A stretch of 64,000 nt of DNA. Source: an uncultured delta proteobacterium. GTDB taxonomy: Bacteria; Myxococcota_A; Polyangia; Haliangiales; Haliangiaceae. The notes under the pieces were generated by a model. The model ran no database searches, was not told the DNA's origin, and saw only the letters and a program-made list of their open reading frames with translations. Numbering within the stretch: the stretch's first letter is position 1; every line of letters begins with the position of its first letter. Made by a program: the position numbers and the translations under genes. Positions 54,368 to 63,122 of the stretch are shown piece after piece. Location: NCBI GenBank assembly GCA_963848295.1, contig CAWKDB010000010.1, positions 2,208,001 through 2,272,000 on the forward strand, read 5' to 3'.

Positions 54368-54757
54368 TTATGACGCCGCGCGGGTGCCGGCGAGCAGCTT
54401 GTCGAGCTCGCCAGACTCGATGAGCTTCGCGACGTCTTCGGCCCCGCCGATGAACGTGCCCTTGACGAAGATCATCGGGAACGTCGGCCAGCCGGTCCAC
54501 ATCTTGAGCGCGGTGCGCCGCCGCCAGGTGCTGAAGTAGCTGCCGTACTCGAGATAGTGGAACGCGATGCCCTTCGCGTCGAGCGCCTTGCGCGCACGCT
54601 TCGGGAACGGGTTCTGCTTCATCCCGACGACGACGACATCGTGGGCAGCGACCGCGCCCTCGACTTCTTCGATGATGTCGGCGTGGTTCGTCGCGATCTT
54701 CTCGCGAATGGCCGGGTGCACGCGGTCGGCCGGGAAGAGCTTGCGCTGGGTCGTCAT
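54368..54757 (-). CDS. glutaredoxin-fold protein lacking cysteines
   Basis: WPTFP.IFV.G.FIGG..D signature; the CxxC position reads NPFP. Confidence 0.85.
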   Translation of the reverse strand: MTTQRKLFPADRVHPAIREKIATNHADIIEEVEGAVAAHDVVVVGMKQNPFPKRARKALDAKGIAFHYLEYGSYFSTWRRRTALKMWTGWPTFPMIFVKGTFIGGAEDVAKLIESGELDKLLAGTRAAS

Positions 54758-54839
54758 GGCGTCTAGCGCGACGCTACACCAGCCGCCTCGTCAGATGGGG
54801 AGGTTGCGAGCGGGCCCAGCGATGGTTTGTATATTGCTT

Positions 54840-55151
54840 ATGTCCCGCAACGACACCACCGAACCTGCACCGAGCGCGCCCTCGACCGAGCCGGCTCGCG
54901 ACACCGCGCCGGTGCCGTCAGCGCGGAAGCGCGCGCGCGCGACCAAGCCGTGGCAGGTCAGGGTTCACGAGCTGTTGACGCGAGCGGCGAAGATCTCGGC
55001 GAGCCACGGGGTGGAGGTCGATCCGTTCCTGCGCGGCGCCTGGTCGGCGTATGTCGACGTTCGTCCGGGCCTGCGCGCGTATCTCGAAGACATGCAGCTC
55101 AAAGCGCAGCTCGAGCAGCTGCGCGAATCCGGACGGATCGGGACCGCCTAG
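54840..55151 (+). CDS. hypothetical protein
   Basis: Coding-like helical C-terminal part of ORF 54567-55151; start uncertain. Confidence 0.6.
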   Translation: MSRNDTTEPAPSAPSTEPARDTAPVPSARKRARATKPWQVRVHELLTRAAKISASHGVEVDPFLRGAWSAYVDVRPGLRAYLEDMQLKAQLEQLRESGRIGTA

Positions 55152-55161
55152 CGCGCCGGCG

Positions 55162-55677
55162 CTACTCTTTGACCGTGACCTTGATCATCTTCACCGGCGT
55201 CTTGGGGCGATCGCCCGAGCCGGTCGGTGTGGTCTCGATCTTCTTCACGATGTCCATGCCCGACGTGATCTTGCCGAACACCGGGTGACGCGACGGGCCC
55301 GGCGTGAACCAGTCGAGCCGTCCGTTGTCGATCGTGTTGATGAAGAACTGCGCGCCGCCCGAGTTCGGGGCGCCGGTGTTCGCCATCGACAGCGTGCCCG
55401 GCTTGTTCGACAGCTTGTGCTCCGGCGGATGCTCGTCCTGGATGCGGCCGAACGGCGAGTTGCCGGTGCCGGCGCGCGGGCTCGCCGGATCCTTCGAGAA
55501 CTCGCAGCCGAACTGGATCATGAATTCGTTGATCACGCGGTGGAAGTGCAGCCCGTCGTAGAAGCCGCTCTTCGCGAGCTTGAGGAAGTTGCCCGCGGTG
55601 ACGGGCATCTGGTCTTGGAAGATCTCGGCGGTGAACGTGCCGAGCGAGGTCTCGAACGTCGCGGTCGGATTGGCCAT
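55162..55677 (-). CDS. cyclophilin-type peptidyl-prolyl isomerase
   Basis: [36 protein letters not shown]. Confidence 0.96.
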   Translation of the reverse strand: MANPTATFETSLGTFTAEIFQDQMPVTAGNFLKLAKSGFYDGLHFHRVINEFMIQFGCEFSKDPASPRAGTGNSPFGRIQDEHPPEHKLSNKPGTLSMANTGAPNSGGAQFFINTIDNGRLDWFTPGPSRHPVFGKITSGMDIVKKIETTPTGSGDRPKTPVKMIKVTVKE

Positions 55678-55736
55678 GGGCCAAGTCCTACCACGCCGAT
55701 TTGCAGCGGTGATCGCTGCGCCGTGTCAGATCGGTT

Positions 55737-56387
55737 TCAGAACGCGAGCCCGAGCTCGGCTCGCGCCGATACGATCCAACTACTCGGCGCGGGCTCGTCC
55801 GGCGGCAACGGGTAGTTGGGTGCGTAACCCGCCGAGCCGATCACGAACAGCTGAAGCCCGATCTTCCCCGGGATCCGGTAGCTCGCGTGAACATCGACCA
55901 CGCCGGCGAGTCCGCCGACGATGTTGCCGCCGTCGCTGAACAGCTCCGTGCCGAGTCCCAGCCCCGCATAGAGTCCGCCGACCAACTCGCGGTGAAAGCG
56001 CATGCCCGTTCCGACTTCGGTGAGCTGTTGCGACGAGGGGCCGCTCCCGACCTGCGTCTGAGCGACGTCGAGGTAGCCCACCCCCATCAGCCGCGCGGTT
56101 CCCCATCCGACCTCGAGACCCAAGACCCAGCCGATTCCGGACTCCGTGCCGAACGGATCGCCCTCGCCGTCGTCGTTAGTGTGAGCTTTGGTCGCGGTCA
56201 CGCCGCCGCGCAGCGCGCCGACGGCGTGAATCTCGCTGTCCGGATCGATCGCCGGGGCCTCTGTTCGGCCCGCCGTGCTGCCGAGTGGCGGCGCGGGTGG
56301 ATCATCCTCGGTCGGCGTCACCGTCGACGGCTGCGCGAACGCGTGCCCCGTGACGAGCAGCACGATCAGCAGCGCGAGCTTGAACAT
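55737..56387 (-). CDS. outer-membrane beta-barrel protein (similar to 17629-18276)
   Basis: Signal peptide ending AFAQP, Pro-rich linker, SG.G...EVG, GYLDVAQ, terminal ELGLAF. Confidence 0.7.
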   Translation of the reverse strand: MFKLALLIVLLVTGHAFAQPSTVTPTEDDPPAPPLGSTAGRTEAPAIDPDSEIHAVGALRGGVTATKAHTNDDGEGDPFGTESGIGWVLGLEVGWGTARLMGVGYLDVAQTQVGSGPSSQQLTEVGTGMRFHRELVGGLYAGLGLGTELFSDGGNIVGGLAGVVDVHASYRIPGKIGLQLFVIGSAGYAPNYPLPPDEPAPSSWIVSARAELGLAF

Positions 56388-56402
56388 CTGCGCGCCCGGA
56401 GT

Positions 56403-56418
56403 TGCAGATCCGACGCCA
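56403..56418 (-). promoter_or_regulatory. sigma54 -24/-12 promoter
   Basis: Minus strand TGG-CGTCGGATCT-GCA upstream of ATG 56387. Confidence 0.7.
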
Positions 56419-56512
56419 GGTGCTCGCGCGAGCACTCACGCGCGGTTCGACCCGCGGTTACCTGCGTGTTTCCGGAATCCGCGACCGCGATGTCTCGAAC
56501 CCGACGCCGTCT

Positions 56513-56911
56513 CTACGCCGTGCCGTCGATCGCGAGCGCGACCATCGCGACCAATTCCTGCGCGCCTTCGTGCTCGACGTTGGCCTTGATGAACTCGTGC
56601 AACGGCAGCTGCGCCTTCTCGAGCTTCGCGAGCGGCTTGCCCCGCGCCGCGGCGTCGAGATCTTCGTACGACAGCGTGCGGACGCGGGCGCCGGCGCGCT
56701 GAAAGCACTGTGCGACCAGGGCGCAATGGAAGATCACGTTGACGATCGCCTCGGCGCCGCCGAGATCGCCTTCGTGCGCGCTGATGAACTGCGCGACCGG
56801 CGTTTGCGATTGCACGAACCCCCCGACCAGCACCGCCGAGTAGTTCGGGTCGGACATCTTCTTCGACGCCTCGGTAACGACCGCGGCGACCTGCTCCTTC
56901 GACAGCTTCAT
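56513..56911 (-). CDS. hypothetical protein (132 aa)
   Basis: Starts MKLSKEQV, overlapping the upstream stop (ATGA); the rest of ORF 56513-57862 is antisense shadow. Confidence 0.75.
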   Translation of the reverse strand: MKLSKEQVAAVVTEASKKMSDPNYSAVLVGGFVQSQTPVAQFISAHEGDLGGAEAIVNVIFHCALVAQCFQRAGARVRTLSYEDLDAAARGKPLAKLEKAQLPLHEFIKANVEHEGAQELVAMVALAIDGTA

Positions 56912-57414
56912 GACTCCCCAATGGCCGTGATCGGCGGGCGTGCTCGGCAGAACCGTACCAGAGCCTCCGCGGTGAGCGCCGCGACCTCGGCCGCGAGGTT
57001 CGTACAAAACGCCTTGCGCGCCGGACCTGCGAAGTCGCCATGCGGCCGGACGAGCCGATCGCACGTGATATCGGGCTCGTTGTTGCGCAGCCGGGTCAGC
57101 CACGCGGCTTGGTACCAGCTGACCGCGGCGCGCAGCTCGGCGGTGACCGGGCCGGCTGGATCCGGATCGCCGAGCAGCTCGCCGAGCACCTGCTCGCCCG
57201 CGCGGATCGCCCCGCACGCGCCCTTGCCGGTGATCCCGCCTCGGCGCAGCGCTTGGTACGCCGGGGTCGGCAACCCGAAGGTCTCGGCGAGCGCGATACC
57301 GCAGCTGCGATGTGCGACCTGAACACCCTCGTACAGCACGAACGCTTTCTCGCGCGCGGTCGCGACGTACGCAGCTGCCTCGGCGGTCAGCGGCTGCTCG
57401 CTGGACTCGGCCAT
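56908..57414 (-). CDS. C_GCAxxG_C_C family putative redox/metal-binding protein
   Basis: SCG, GGI..G.CGAI, ITC..L and AFC cysteine pattern. Confidence 0.8.
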   Translation of the reverse strand: MAESSEQPLTAEAAAYVATAREKAFVLYEGVQVAHRSCGIALAETFGLPTPAYQALRRGGITGKGACGAIRAGEQVLGELLGDPDPAGPVTAELRAAVSWYQAAWLTRLRNNEPDITCDRLVRPHGDFAGPARKAFCTNLAAEVAALTAEALVRFCRARPPITAIGES

Positions 57415-57455
57415 GGCGGAATGCTACTGCGGAGGGAGTTATCCGTCGAGAAATC

Positions 57456-59108
57456 GTGACGCCGACCGCCTTTCCGACCGGTGCTCCGCGGCTGCGCAGC
57501 TCGCTCGTGGGGTCGGCGACGCTGCACCTCGCGGTCATCTTCGCCCTCTGGTGGCTCGCTGCATCGAAGCACGCGAGCCCGGAGCTCGTCGATATCGACA
57601 TCGCGCCGGAGGCGCCGCGGGTCGAGGCGCTGCCCCAGGAGGTCGAGAGGCACCAGATCGCCGCGATCGAGCCGGCGGCGACGGCGGCGCTGCCGGATCC
57701 GGAGCCGGCGATGGCAACGACCTCGATCGATGCGGGCGTACCCGATGCGGCGAAGCCCGATGCCGGGCTCAAGCCCGATGCCGCGCTCAAGCCCGATGCC
57801 GCGCTCAAGCCCGATGCCGCGCTCAAGCCCGATGCCGCGCTCAAGCCCGATGCCGCGGTCAAGCCCGATGCCGCGATCGACGCTGGGGACGCCGAGGCGA
57901 TGGTCGCGATGAACCAGGGATCCGCGGCCGGTTCCGGATCCGCTGCCGCTGCCGGATCCGCTGCCGGTTCCGCTGCCGCTGCCGGTTCCGCTGCCGCTGC
58001 CGGTTCCGCTGCCGCTGCCGGTTCCGCTGCCGTTGCCGGTTCCGATTCCGCTGCCGCTTCCGATTCCGCCGCCGGTTCAAATTCCGGTTCCGGTTCCCAG
58101 GTTTCCTATTCTGGATCTGGATCCGGCGCGGGCGCGGAGAGCCTTCCCGCGGTCGCCGGCGCGCCGACGACCGCCGGCACCGCGGCGAATCTGCTCGCCT
58201 ACTTTCCGGCGGGCCACACCGTCACCGCGCTCGTTCGCTTCGATCGCATCCGCGGCACCGAGTGGGCGAGAGCCGCCGAGCAGTTGTTTCGACCGATGCC
58301 CGACTACCGCGGGCTGTTCGGCGATCGAGACGCGGCGATCGCCGACAAGATCGACACCCTCGTGATCTCGACCCCGCAACCGCGTGACGCGACCGCGACG
58401 ACGCTCGTGGCGCACACCAAGCTCGGGCGCGCAGCGCTGCGCGATCTGTTGTCGGCGAACCCGATCAAGTGGTCGACCGCGAAGGGCGGCATGCTCGGCG
58501 TGCGCGCCGGCAAGCTGTTTCCCGGCGACAGGCGCGTCGTGATCTCGCCGTGGTCGGGCTGGTTCTTGCTCGCACAGCCGCAGGATCTCGGTGCGATGAC
58601 CGCGGCGACCGCCGGCGACCTCGATAGCGCGCGACCGCGCGGCAAGCTCCCGGGCTGGGTCGATGGCCTGCGCACGATCGAAGCCGAGTCCGGCGATCCG
58701 CGCGGGCCGGCGCTCGTCGTCACGCTCGCGATCGGCGGCGGCCGGCTGACGTTCCCCGACCTCGGCCTCGGCGTGACCTCGTTGCCGGGACCCGAGCGCC
58801 TGTCGCTGGCGATGGAGCTCGTGCCGCAAGGCTGGCTCGCGCGCGGCAACATCGAGTTCGCGAACGCGGCCGACGCCGAGGAGTTCGTGACCTCCGTCGG
58901 CAAGGCGCAGACCAGCCTCGCGAACAGCATCGCGCTCAAGCTCGTACTCGAGCGCCAGCACGTGTTCTCGGCGATCGTCGGGATGTCGTTGGCGCGGACG
59001 GAAGCGCGCGTGTCGTATGCCACGTCGCTCTCGATCGCGGATGCGCGCGCCCTGCTCGCGGCGGTCGCGGTCACCCTCGACCAATACTTCGCGCACCAGC
59101 GCCCGTGA
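57456..59108 (+). CDS. membrane-anchored protein with TonB/TolA-like SxxxH anchor and tandem-repeat linker
   Basis: SATLH in the N-terminal TM helix; KPDAAL and GSAAAA repeats; globular C-terminal domain. Confidence 0.7.
   Translation: MTPTAFPTGAPRLRSSLVGSATLHLAVIFALWWLAASKHASPELVDIDIAPEAPRVEALPQEVERHQIAAIEPAATAALPDPEPAMATTSIDAGVPDAAKPDAGLKPDAALKPDAALKPDAALKPDAALKPDAAVKPDAAIDAGDAEAMVAMNQGSAAGSGSAAAAGSAAGSAAAAGSAAAAGSAAAAGSAAVAGSDSAAASDSAAGSNSGSGSQVSYSGSGSGAGAESLPAVAGAPTTAGTAANLLAYFPAGHTVTALVRFDRIRGTEWARAAEQLFRPMPDYRGLFGDRDAAIADKIDTLVISTPQPRDATATTLVAHTKLGRAALRDLLSANPIKWSTAKGGMLGVRAGKLFPGDRRVVISPWSGWFLLAQPQDLGAMTAATAGDLDSARPRGKLPGWVDGLRTIEAESGDPRGPALVVTLAIGGGRLTFPDLGLGVTSLPGPERLSLAMELVPQGWLARGNIEFANAADAEEFVTSVGKAQTSLANSIALKLVLERQHVFSAIVGMSLARTEARVSYATSLSIADARALLAAVAVTLDQYFAHQRP
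57753..57878 (+). repeat. 18-bp coding tandem repeat x7 (KPDAAL)
   Basis: AAGCCCGATGCCGCGCTC units. Confidence 0.95.
57918..58100 (+). repeat. GS(A)n coding tandem repeat
   Basis: GGTTCCGCTGCCGCTGCC-type units. Confidence 0.85.
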
Positions 59109-59125
59109 TCCTGCACACTAGATGC

Positions 59126-60148
59126 ATGCGAGTACGGGCGGTCGCCGTCGCCATCGTCGCGATCGCGACCGTGATCTCGTGCCGGCACCGCGATGCGAGT
59201 TGGCCGCTCGCACCCGTCGGCGCGAACGCTCTCGACGAGAAGCAGAGCCCGTATGCCGACGACGGCGCCGGATGGCTCGCGCGCGCTTCGGTCCACCTGT
59301 GGCTCGGCGGCGACGACGGCAGCGACACCCGCCCCGCGGTCACGGCGGTCGGCGGCGACGACTACGGCGGCAATCCGTTCGCGGGCGACCCCTACGGCGG
59401 GCAGAACTACGCCGGTTGGCAACCGCAATCGTGGGACGCCGACAAGCTCGATACGTTCGCGCCGAGCTACGAGACCAGCGACGGGTTGACCGGCGCGATC
59501 GAAGGCACGATCGCGTGGACCGGCGCGACTCCGGCGCGGCTGACGTCGTCATGTGGCGCGATCGAGCCGAGCTTGCGGGTCGGACCGCGCGGCGCGCTGC
59601 GCGGCGTGCTCGTCTACATCAACAAGATCGAGACCGGGCGCGAGACTCCGACCTCGAGCCGGCCGATGATCGTCGGCGGGACGATCGCGAAGCGCGGCTG
59701 CGGATTCGAGCCGGTCGCGCAGATCGTCGCACCGACCAGCACGACGAGCGCCGCCCCGCTCGCGATCTACGGCGACGATCGACCGGCGACGTTGCACATC
59801 ACGAGCCCCGACGGCGTCGCCTCGACCGTCGCGCTGCAAGCCGGCGCGATCACCGCGGTCACCGTGCCGCCCGGCGTCACCCGCGTCGCCGACGAGGACG
59901 GGACCTCGGGCGCGGCCTGGGTCGTCGGACTCGATACGCCGTACTACGCGATCACCGACGACCGCGGACACTTTCGCATCGATCAGCTCCCGGACGGGCC
60001 GTTCGTCGTCACCGTGTGGGTGCCGCCGAGCCCGCGCGTCGGCGCGAACGGAACCGTGACCTACGGCGCTCCGATCGTGGTCACGCACAAGGTCAACGTC
60101 GTCGCCGCAAAGATCGCGGCGATGAACGTCGCGATCGGTCGTCGATAA
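59126..60148 (+). CDS. lipoprotein with carboxypeptidase-regulatory-like and degenerate cupredoxin-like domains
   Basis: Lipobox VISC; GAIEGTI, GVLVYI, GCGFEP, PYYAITDDRGHFRI..LP.G...VTVW. Confidence 0.7.
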   Translation: MRVRAVAVAIVAIATVISCRHRDASWPLAPVGANALDEKQSPYADDGAGWLARASVHLWLGGDDGSDTRPAVTAVGGDDYGGNPFAGDPYGGQNYAGWQPQSWDADKLDTFAPSYETSDGLTGAIEGTIAWTGATPARLTSSCGAIEPSLRVGPRGALRGVLVYINKIETGRETPTSSRPMIVGGTIAKRGCGFEPVAQIVAPTSTTSAAPLAIYGDDRPATLHITSPDGVASTVALQAGAITAVTVPPGVTRVADEDGTSGAAWVVGLDTPYYAITDDRGHFRIDQLPDGPFVVTVWVPPSPRVGANGTVTYGAPIVVTHKVNVVAAKIAAMNVAIGRR

Positions 60149-60172
60149 GAACCGCTGCGCGTCGTCCGGCGC

Positions 60173-60189
60173 TGTCCGAGTTTCGGACA
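60173..60189. promoter_or_regulatory. perfect palindrome TGTCCGA-GTT-TCGGACA (putative enhancer, or hairpin)
   Basis: Lies about 95 bp upstream of the predicted sigma54 start site. Confidence 0.55.
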
Positions 60190-60248
60190 AAGCCGGCCGG
60201 ACGGCGGACGGTTCCGGCCATCGCGATCGAGAGATCGCGAGCTTGCGC

Positions 60249-60264
60249 CGGCATCGGGCTTGCT
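60249..60264 (+). promoter_or_regulatory. sigma54 -24/-12 promoter
   Basis: cGG-CATCGGGCTT-GCT upstream of an AGGGAG SD and GTG 60306. Confidence 0.75.
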
Positions 60265-60305
60265 CTTGCTGACCGTGACGCGTTGGCGTCGGAAAGCAGG
60301 GAGTC

Positions 60306-60554
60306 GTGCAGAAGCGAATGTTCAAGGTCATCACTCACATCGAAAAGAAGGGCGGCGGCGGCTACTGGATGCGGATCGGCAGCGGGTTCCCCAACAAGGA
60401 CGACTCGATCAACGTCTATCTCGACGCGATGCCGAAGTCGCTCGAGTTCCAGTTGCGCGAGCTCGACGCCGAGGATCTCGCGAAGCGAGAGCGGTTCCAA
60501 GCGCGCGGCATCGGCCCGCAAGCGACCACCACCAGCAATCCACTTCCGTTCTGA
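60306..60554 (+). CDS. small hypothetical protein, candidate nucleic-acid-binding protein
   Basis: YWMRIGSGFPNKDDSINVYLDAMP core; C-terminus ends in LPF. Confidence 0.75.
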   Translation: MQKRMFKVITHIEKKGGGGYWMRIGSGFPNKDDSINVYLDAMPKSLEFQLRELDAEDLAKRERFQARGIGPQATTTSNPLPF

Positions 60555-60566
60555 AAGGACTTCGTC

Positions 60567-60983
60567 ATGGTTTCGATCATCACAACGTGGTCGCGTCGGC
60601 TCGCGCCGATCGCGGCCGTCATGGCTCTGTTCGTGTCGATGGGCGGCAGCTGGTCGATCGCATCGGCCGCGCCAACCGCAGCCAGCACATCGGGCCCGCC
60701 CGGCTCGCTCGCCGCATCGCCAGCGGCGCGTCCGGCGAAGAAGTCGGCGCGCAAAGAGCTCGTCGGCAAGCTAAACCTCAACACCGCGACCGAGGACCAG
60801 CTGATGCAGCTGCCCACGGTCGGTCCGGCGAAGGCCGAACGCATCGTCGCGTGGCGCAAGAGGAATGGCAGCTTCAAGCGGATCGCGGATCTGCGGCGGG
60901 TCAAGGGCTTCGGCTACAAGACGTTCAAGCGGCTCGAGCCGTTCCTCGACATCAAAGGAGACAGTACGCTGTCGGACCGATGA
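60567..60983 (+). CDS. comEA: ComEA-family helix-hairpin-helix DNA receptor
   Basis: Signal/TM segment, then LNLNTAT..QL..LPTVGPAKAERIV..R..NG.F....DL..VKGFG. Confidence 0.9.
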   Translation: MVSIITTWSRRLAPIAAVMALFVSMGGSWSIASAAPTAASTSGPPGSLAASPAARPAKKSARKELVGKLNLNTATEDQLMQLPTVGPAKAERIVAWRKRNGSFKRIADLRRVKGFGYKTFKRLEPFLDIKGDSTLSDR

Positions 60984-63049
60984 CGAGACCGGCCGCGGAT
61001 CGCGAGCGCATGGGCGGCGGCATCGCCCTCGCGGTGATCGTCGCGGCGCTCGTGGCGTGCGGCGATAACACCTCCGGGCGAGTCACGATCGTGTCGTCCG
61101 AGTGGAGCGATGCGCTGCGCGAGTTTGCAGCGCTGACGCCGGGCGGGGGTGTGACCGTGGCAACCGGTGAGGCGCCGACCGCCGACGACAGCGGTTTCCA
61201 GATCGCGGTGGTCGACGACCCGGCGATCCCGCTCGAAGGCTATCGCTTCGATCTGGTGACCGGTAGCGAACGCACGTGGGCGGTCCACGCGCACGACGTG
61301 CTCGGAGCGCAGTACGGTGTGGCGGCCGCGCTCGAGCACCTCGGGTTTCGGTTTCGCCATCCGTACGACACCTACGAGCCGTCGCCTCCGCGGCCCGCGA
61401 GCGGAGATGACGGTGCGCTCGGCGTCGTGCATCAACCGCAGGTCCGCGTGCGCGGCTTGCAGCTTCACACGCTGCATCCGATCGAGAGCTACTGGGCGTT
61501 CTGGGAAGACAACCCCGACGACGCGCATCGAGTCATCGATTGGGTCGTGAAAAACCGCGGCAACTATCTCCAGTGGGTCGCGCTCGACGACATCCTCGAC
61601 CCCGCTCGGCGCGCCTCGTGGCAGGCGTACACGCGCGAGATCATCGACTACGCGCACATGCGCGGGATTCGCGTCGGCATCAACATCCAGCTGTTCAGCC
61701 AGAGCAGCCTGCAGCAGGCGTTCACGCTCGTCGACAACGCGACCGATCCGGTGCCCGACCAGGTCGCGGCCAGGCTGCCGCTGATCGTCGATGACCTGCC
61801 CTGGGATGTGTATGCGCTGAGCTTCGGCGAGTTCTTCGATGCCGATCCGCAGGCATTCATCGACGCGGTCGACGAGACCGCGAGCGCGCTGTACGCGATC
61901 GCGCCCGGTGCCGAGATGCACGCGGTGATTCACGTCGGCGGCACGCAGCTCGTCACCTACATGGGCCAGACGATCATCTACTACTTCCTGGTCGCGTACA
62001 CCGATCCGCGGATCATCGCCGACGTCCATACCGTCATGTACTACGACCTGTTCGAAGACGCGGGCGGCGCCTATCAGATGCAAGACTTCTCCGAGCATCG
62101 CGACTTCTTGATCTCGAAGATGTGCGCGAACCAGAAGGCGTCTTACTTCCCGGAGAACGCGTACTGGATCGCGTTCGACGATTCGGTGCCGCAGTACCTC
62201 CCGCTGTACATCCGCAGCCGGCTCTACGATCTGCAACAGCTCCAGGCCGCCGCGCCCGCGCCGTGCTCGCCGCTCGACGAGCACCTCGTGTTCTCGTCCG
62301 GCTGGGAGTGGGGCTATTGGCTGCACGACACGGCGTCGCTGCGCATGAGCTACGAGCTGCCGGCGTCGCAGGAGGCGCTGATCGCGGACCAGCTCGCACC
62401 CGATCTCGATCCGGTCGCCGCGACCGTCGTGTCCGAGCTCGCCGATGCGCAGCACGATGCGCTGATCGACGACCGACTCGCCCCGTACATCGCGAGCCGC
62501 GACGCGCTGATCGATGCCGGCCGCGCGATCGGCGTGATCTCGCAACCCGATCGCGTCACGTTCGACGACCTCGCGGCCGATCCGACGCAGATCGCGAGCT
62601 TCGAGGCAACGGTGATGCAACCGCTCGGCGAGTTTCGCTCCACCGTCGAGGCGCTCGCCGCGCGAGCCGACGCGCTGCACTTGCCCGACGGCGACATCTG
62701 GGCCGCCGAGCTGCGCGATGGCGTCGAGATCGATCGCGCGCGCGTTCGGTTCATCTACGCCGCGTACCAGACGACGATCGATCACCTCGCCGGCGACGAC
62801 ACCGCAGCGACCGCCGATCGCGCGCAGGCCCAGGCCGCGCTCGACGACGCGACCGCGATCGTCCACCGCCGTCACGCGAACCTGCACGATCCGCGTCCCG
62901 AGATCACCGGCAAGGGTGCGAACTACACGGTCTACGCGTTCGGCTACCTCTATCAAGCCGACACGCTGTGCTACTGGCACCGCGAGCTCGATCAGGTCGA
63001 CGCGATCCTCGGCAACACGACGACCGCGCCGCCGTCGTGCGTGTTCTGA
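60980..63049 (+). CDS. lipoprotein with GH20b-like N-domain and glycoside-hydrolase-like barrel
   Basis: Lipobox LVAC; EGY....G..YG...LE.LGFRF; RG...H, W..KNR.N...W, YAH.RGI.V; ATGA overlap with comEA. Confidence 0.6.
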   Translation: MTRPAADRERMGGGIALAVIVAALVACGDNTSGRVTIVSSEWSDALREFAALTPGGGVTVATGEAPTADDSGFQIAVVDDPAIPLEGYRFDLVTGSERTWAVHAHDVLGAQYGVAAALEHLGFRFRHPYDTYEPSPPRPASGDDGALGVVHQPQVRVRGLQLHTLHPIESYWAFWEDNPDDAHRVIDWVVKNRGNYLQWVALDDILDPARRASWQAYTREIIDYAHMRGIRVGINIQLFSQSSLQQAFTLVDNATDPVPDQVAARLPLIVDDLPWDVYALSFGEFFDADPQAFIDAVDETASALYAIAPGAEMHAVIHVGGTQLVTYMGQTIIYYFLVAYTDPRIIADVHTVMYYDLFEDAGGAYQMQDFSEHRDFLISKMCANQKASYFPENAYWIAFDDSVPQYLPLYIRSRLYDLQQLQAAAPAPCSPLDEHLVFSSGWEWGYWLHDTASLRMSYELPASQEALIADQLAPDLDPVAATVVSELADAQHDALIDDRLAPYIASRDALIDAGRAIGVISQPDRVTFDDLAADPTQIASFEATVMQPLGEFRSTVEALAARADALHLPDGDIWAAELRDGVEIDRARVRFIYAAYQTTIDHLAGDDTAATADRAQAQAALDDATAIVHRRHANLHDPRPEITGKGANYTVYAFGYLYQADTLCYWHRELDQVDAILGNTTTAPPSCVF

Positions 63050-63081
63050 TCGCTGGCGTCGCAGTGGCTGCCCACGAGTCT

Positions 63082-63122
63082 GCTCGGCTCGGCCTCGGGC
63101 TCGGGCTCGGGCTCGGGCTCGG
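63082..63122. repeat. CTCGGG hexamer microsatellite between convergent genes
   Basis: gctcggctcggc(ctcggg)4ctcgg. Confidence 0.8.

Noticed and set aside
54823..54838. TGG-N10-GC sigma54-like site before 54840
   Set aside because: The predicted start site would fall downstream of the ATG; an overlapping TATATT -10 box explains it equally well.
60221..60240. 8-4-8 palindrome TCGCGATC-GAGA-GATCGCGA
   Set aside because: Built from CGATCG/TCGCGA words that are very common in this genome, so not informative alone.
63082..63122. CTCGGG repeat as a functional element
   Set aside because: Short microsatellite between convergent stops; no further evidence of function.
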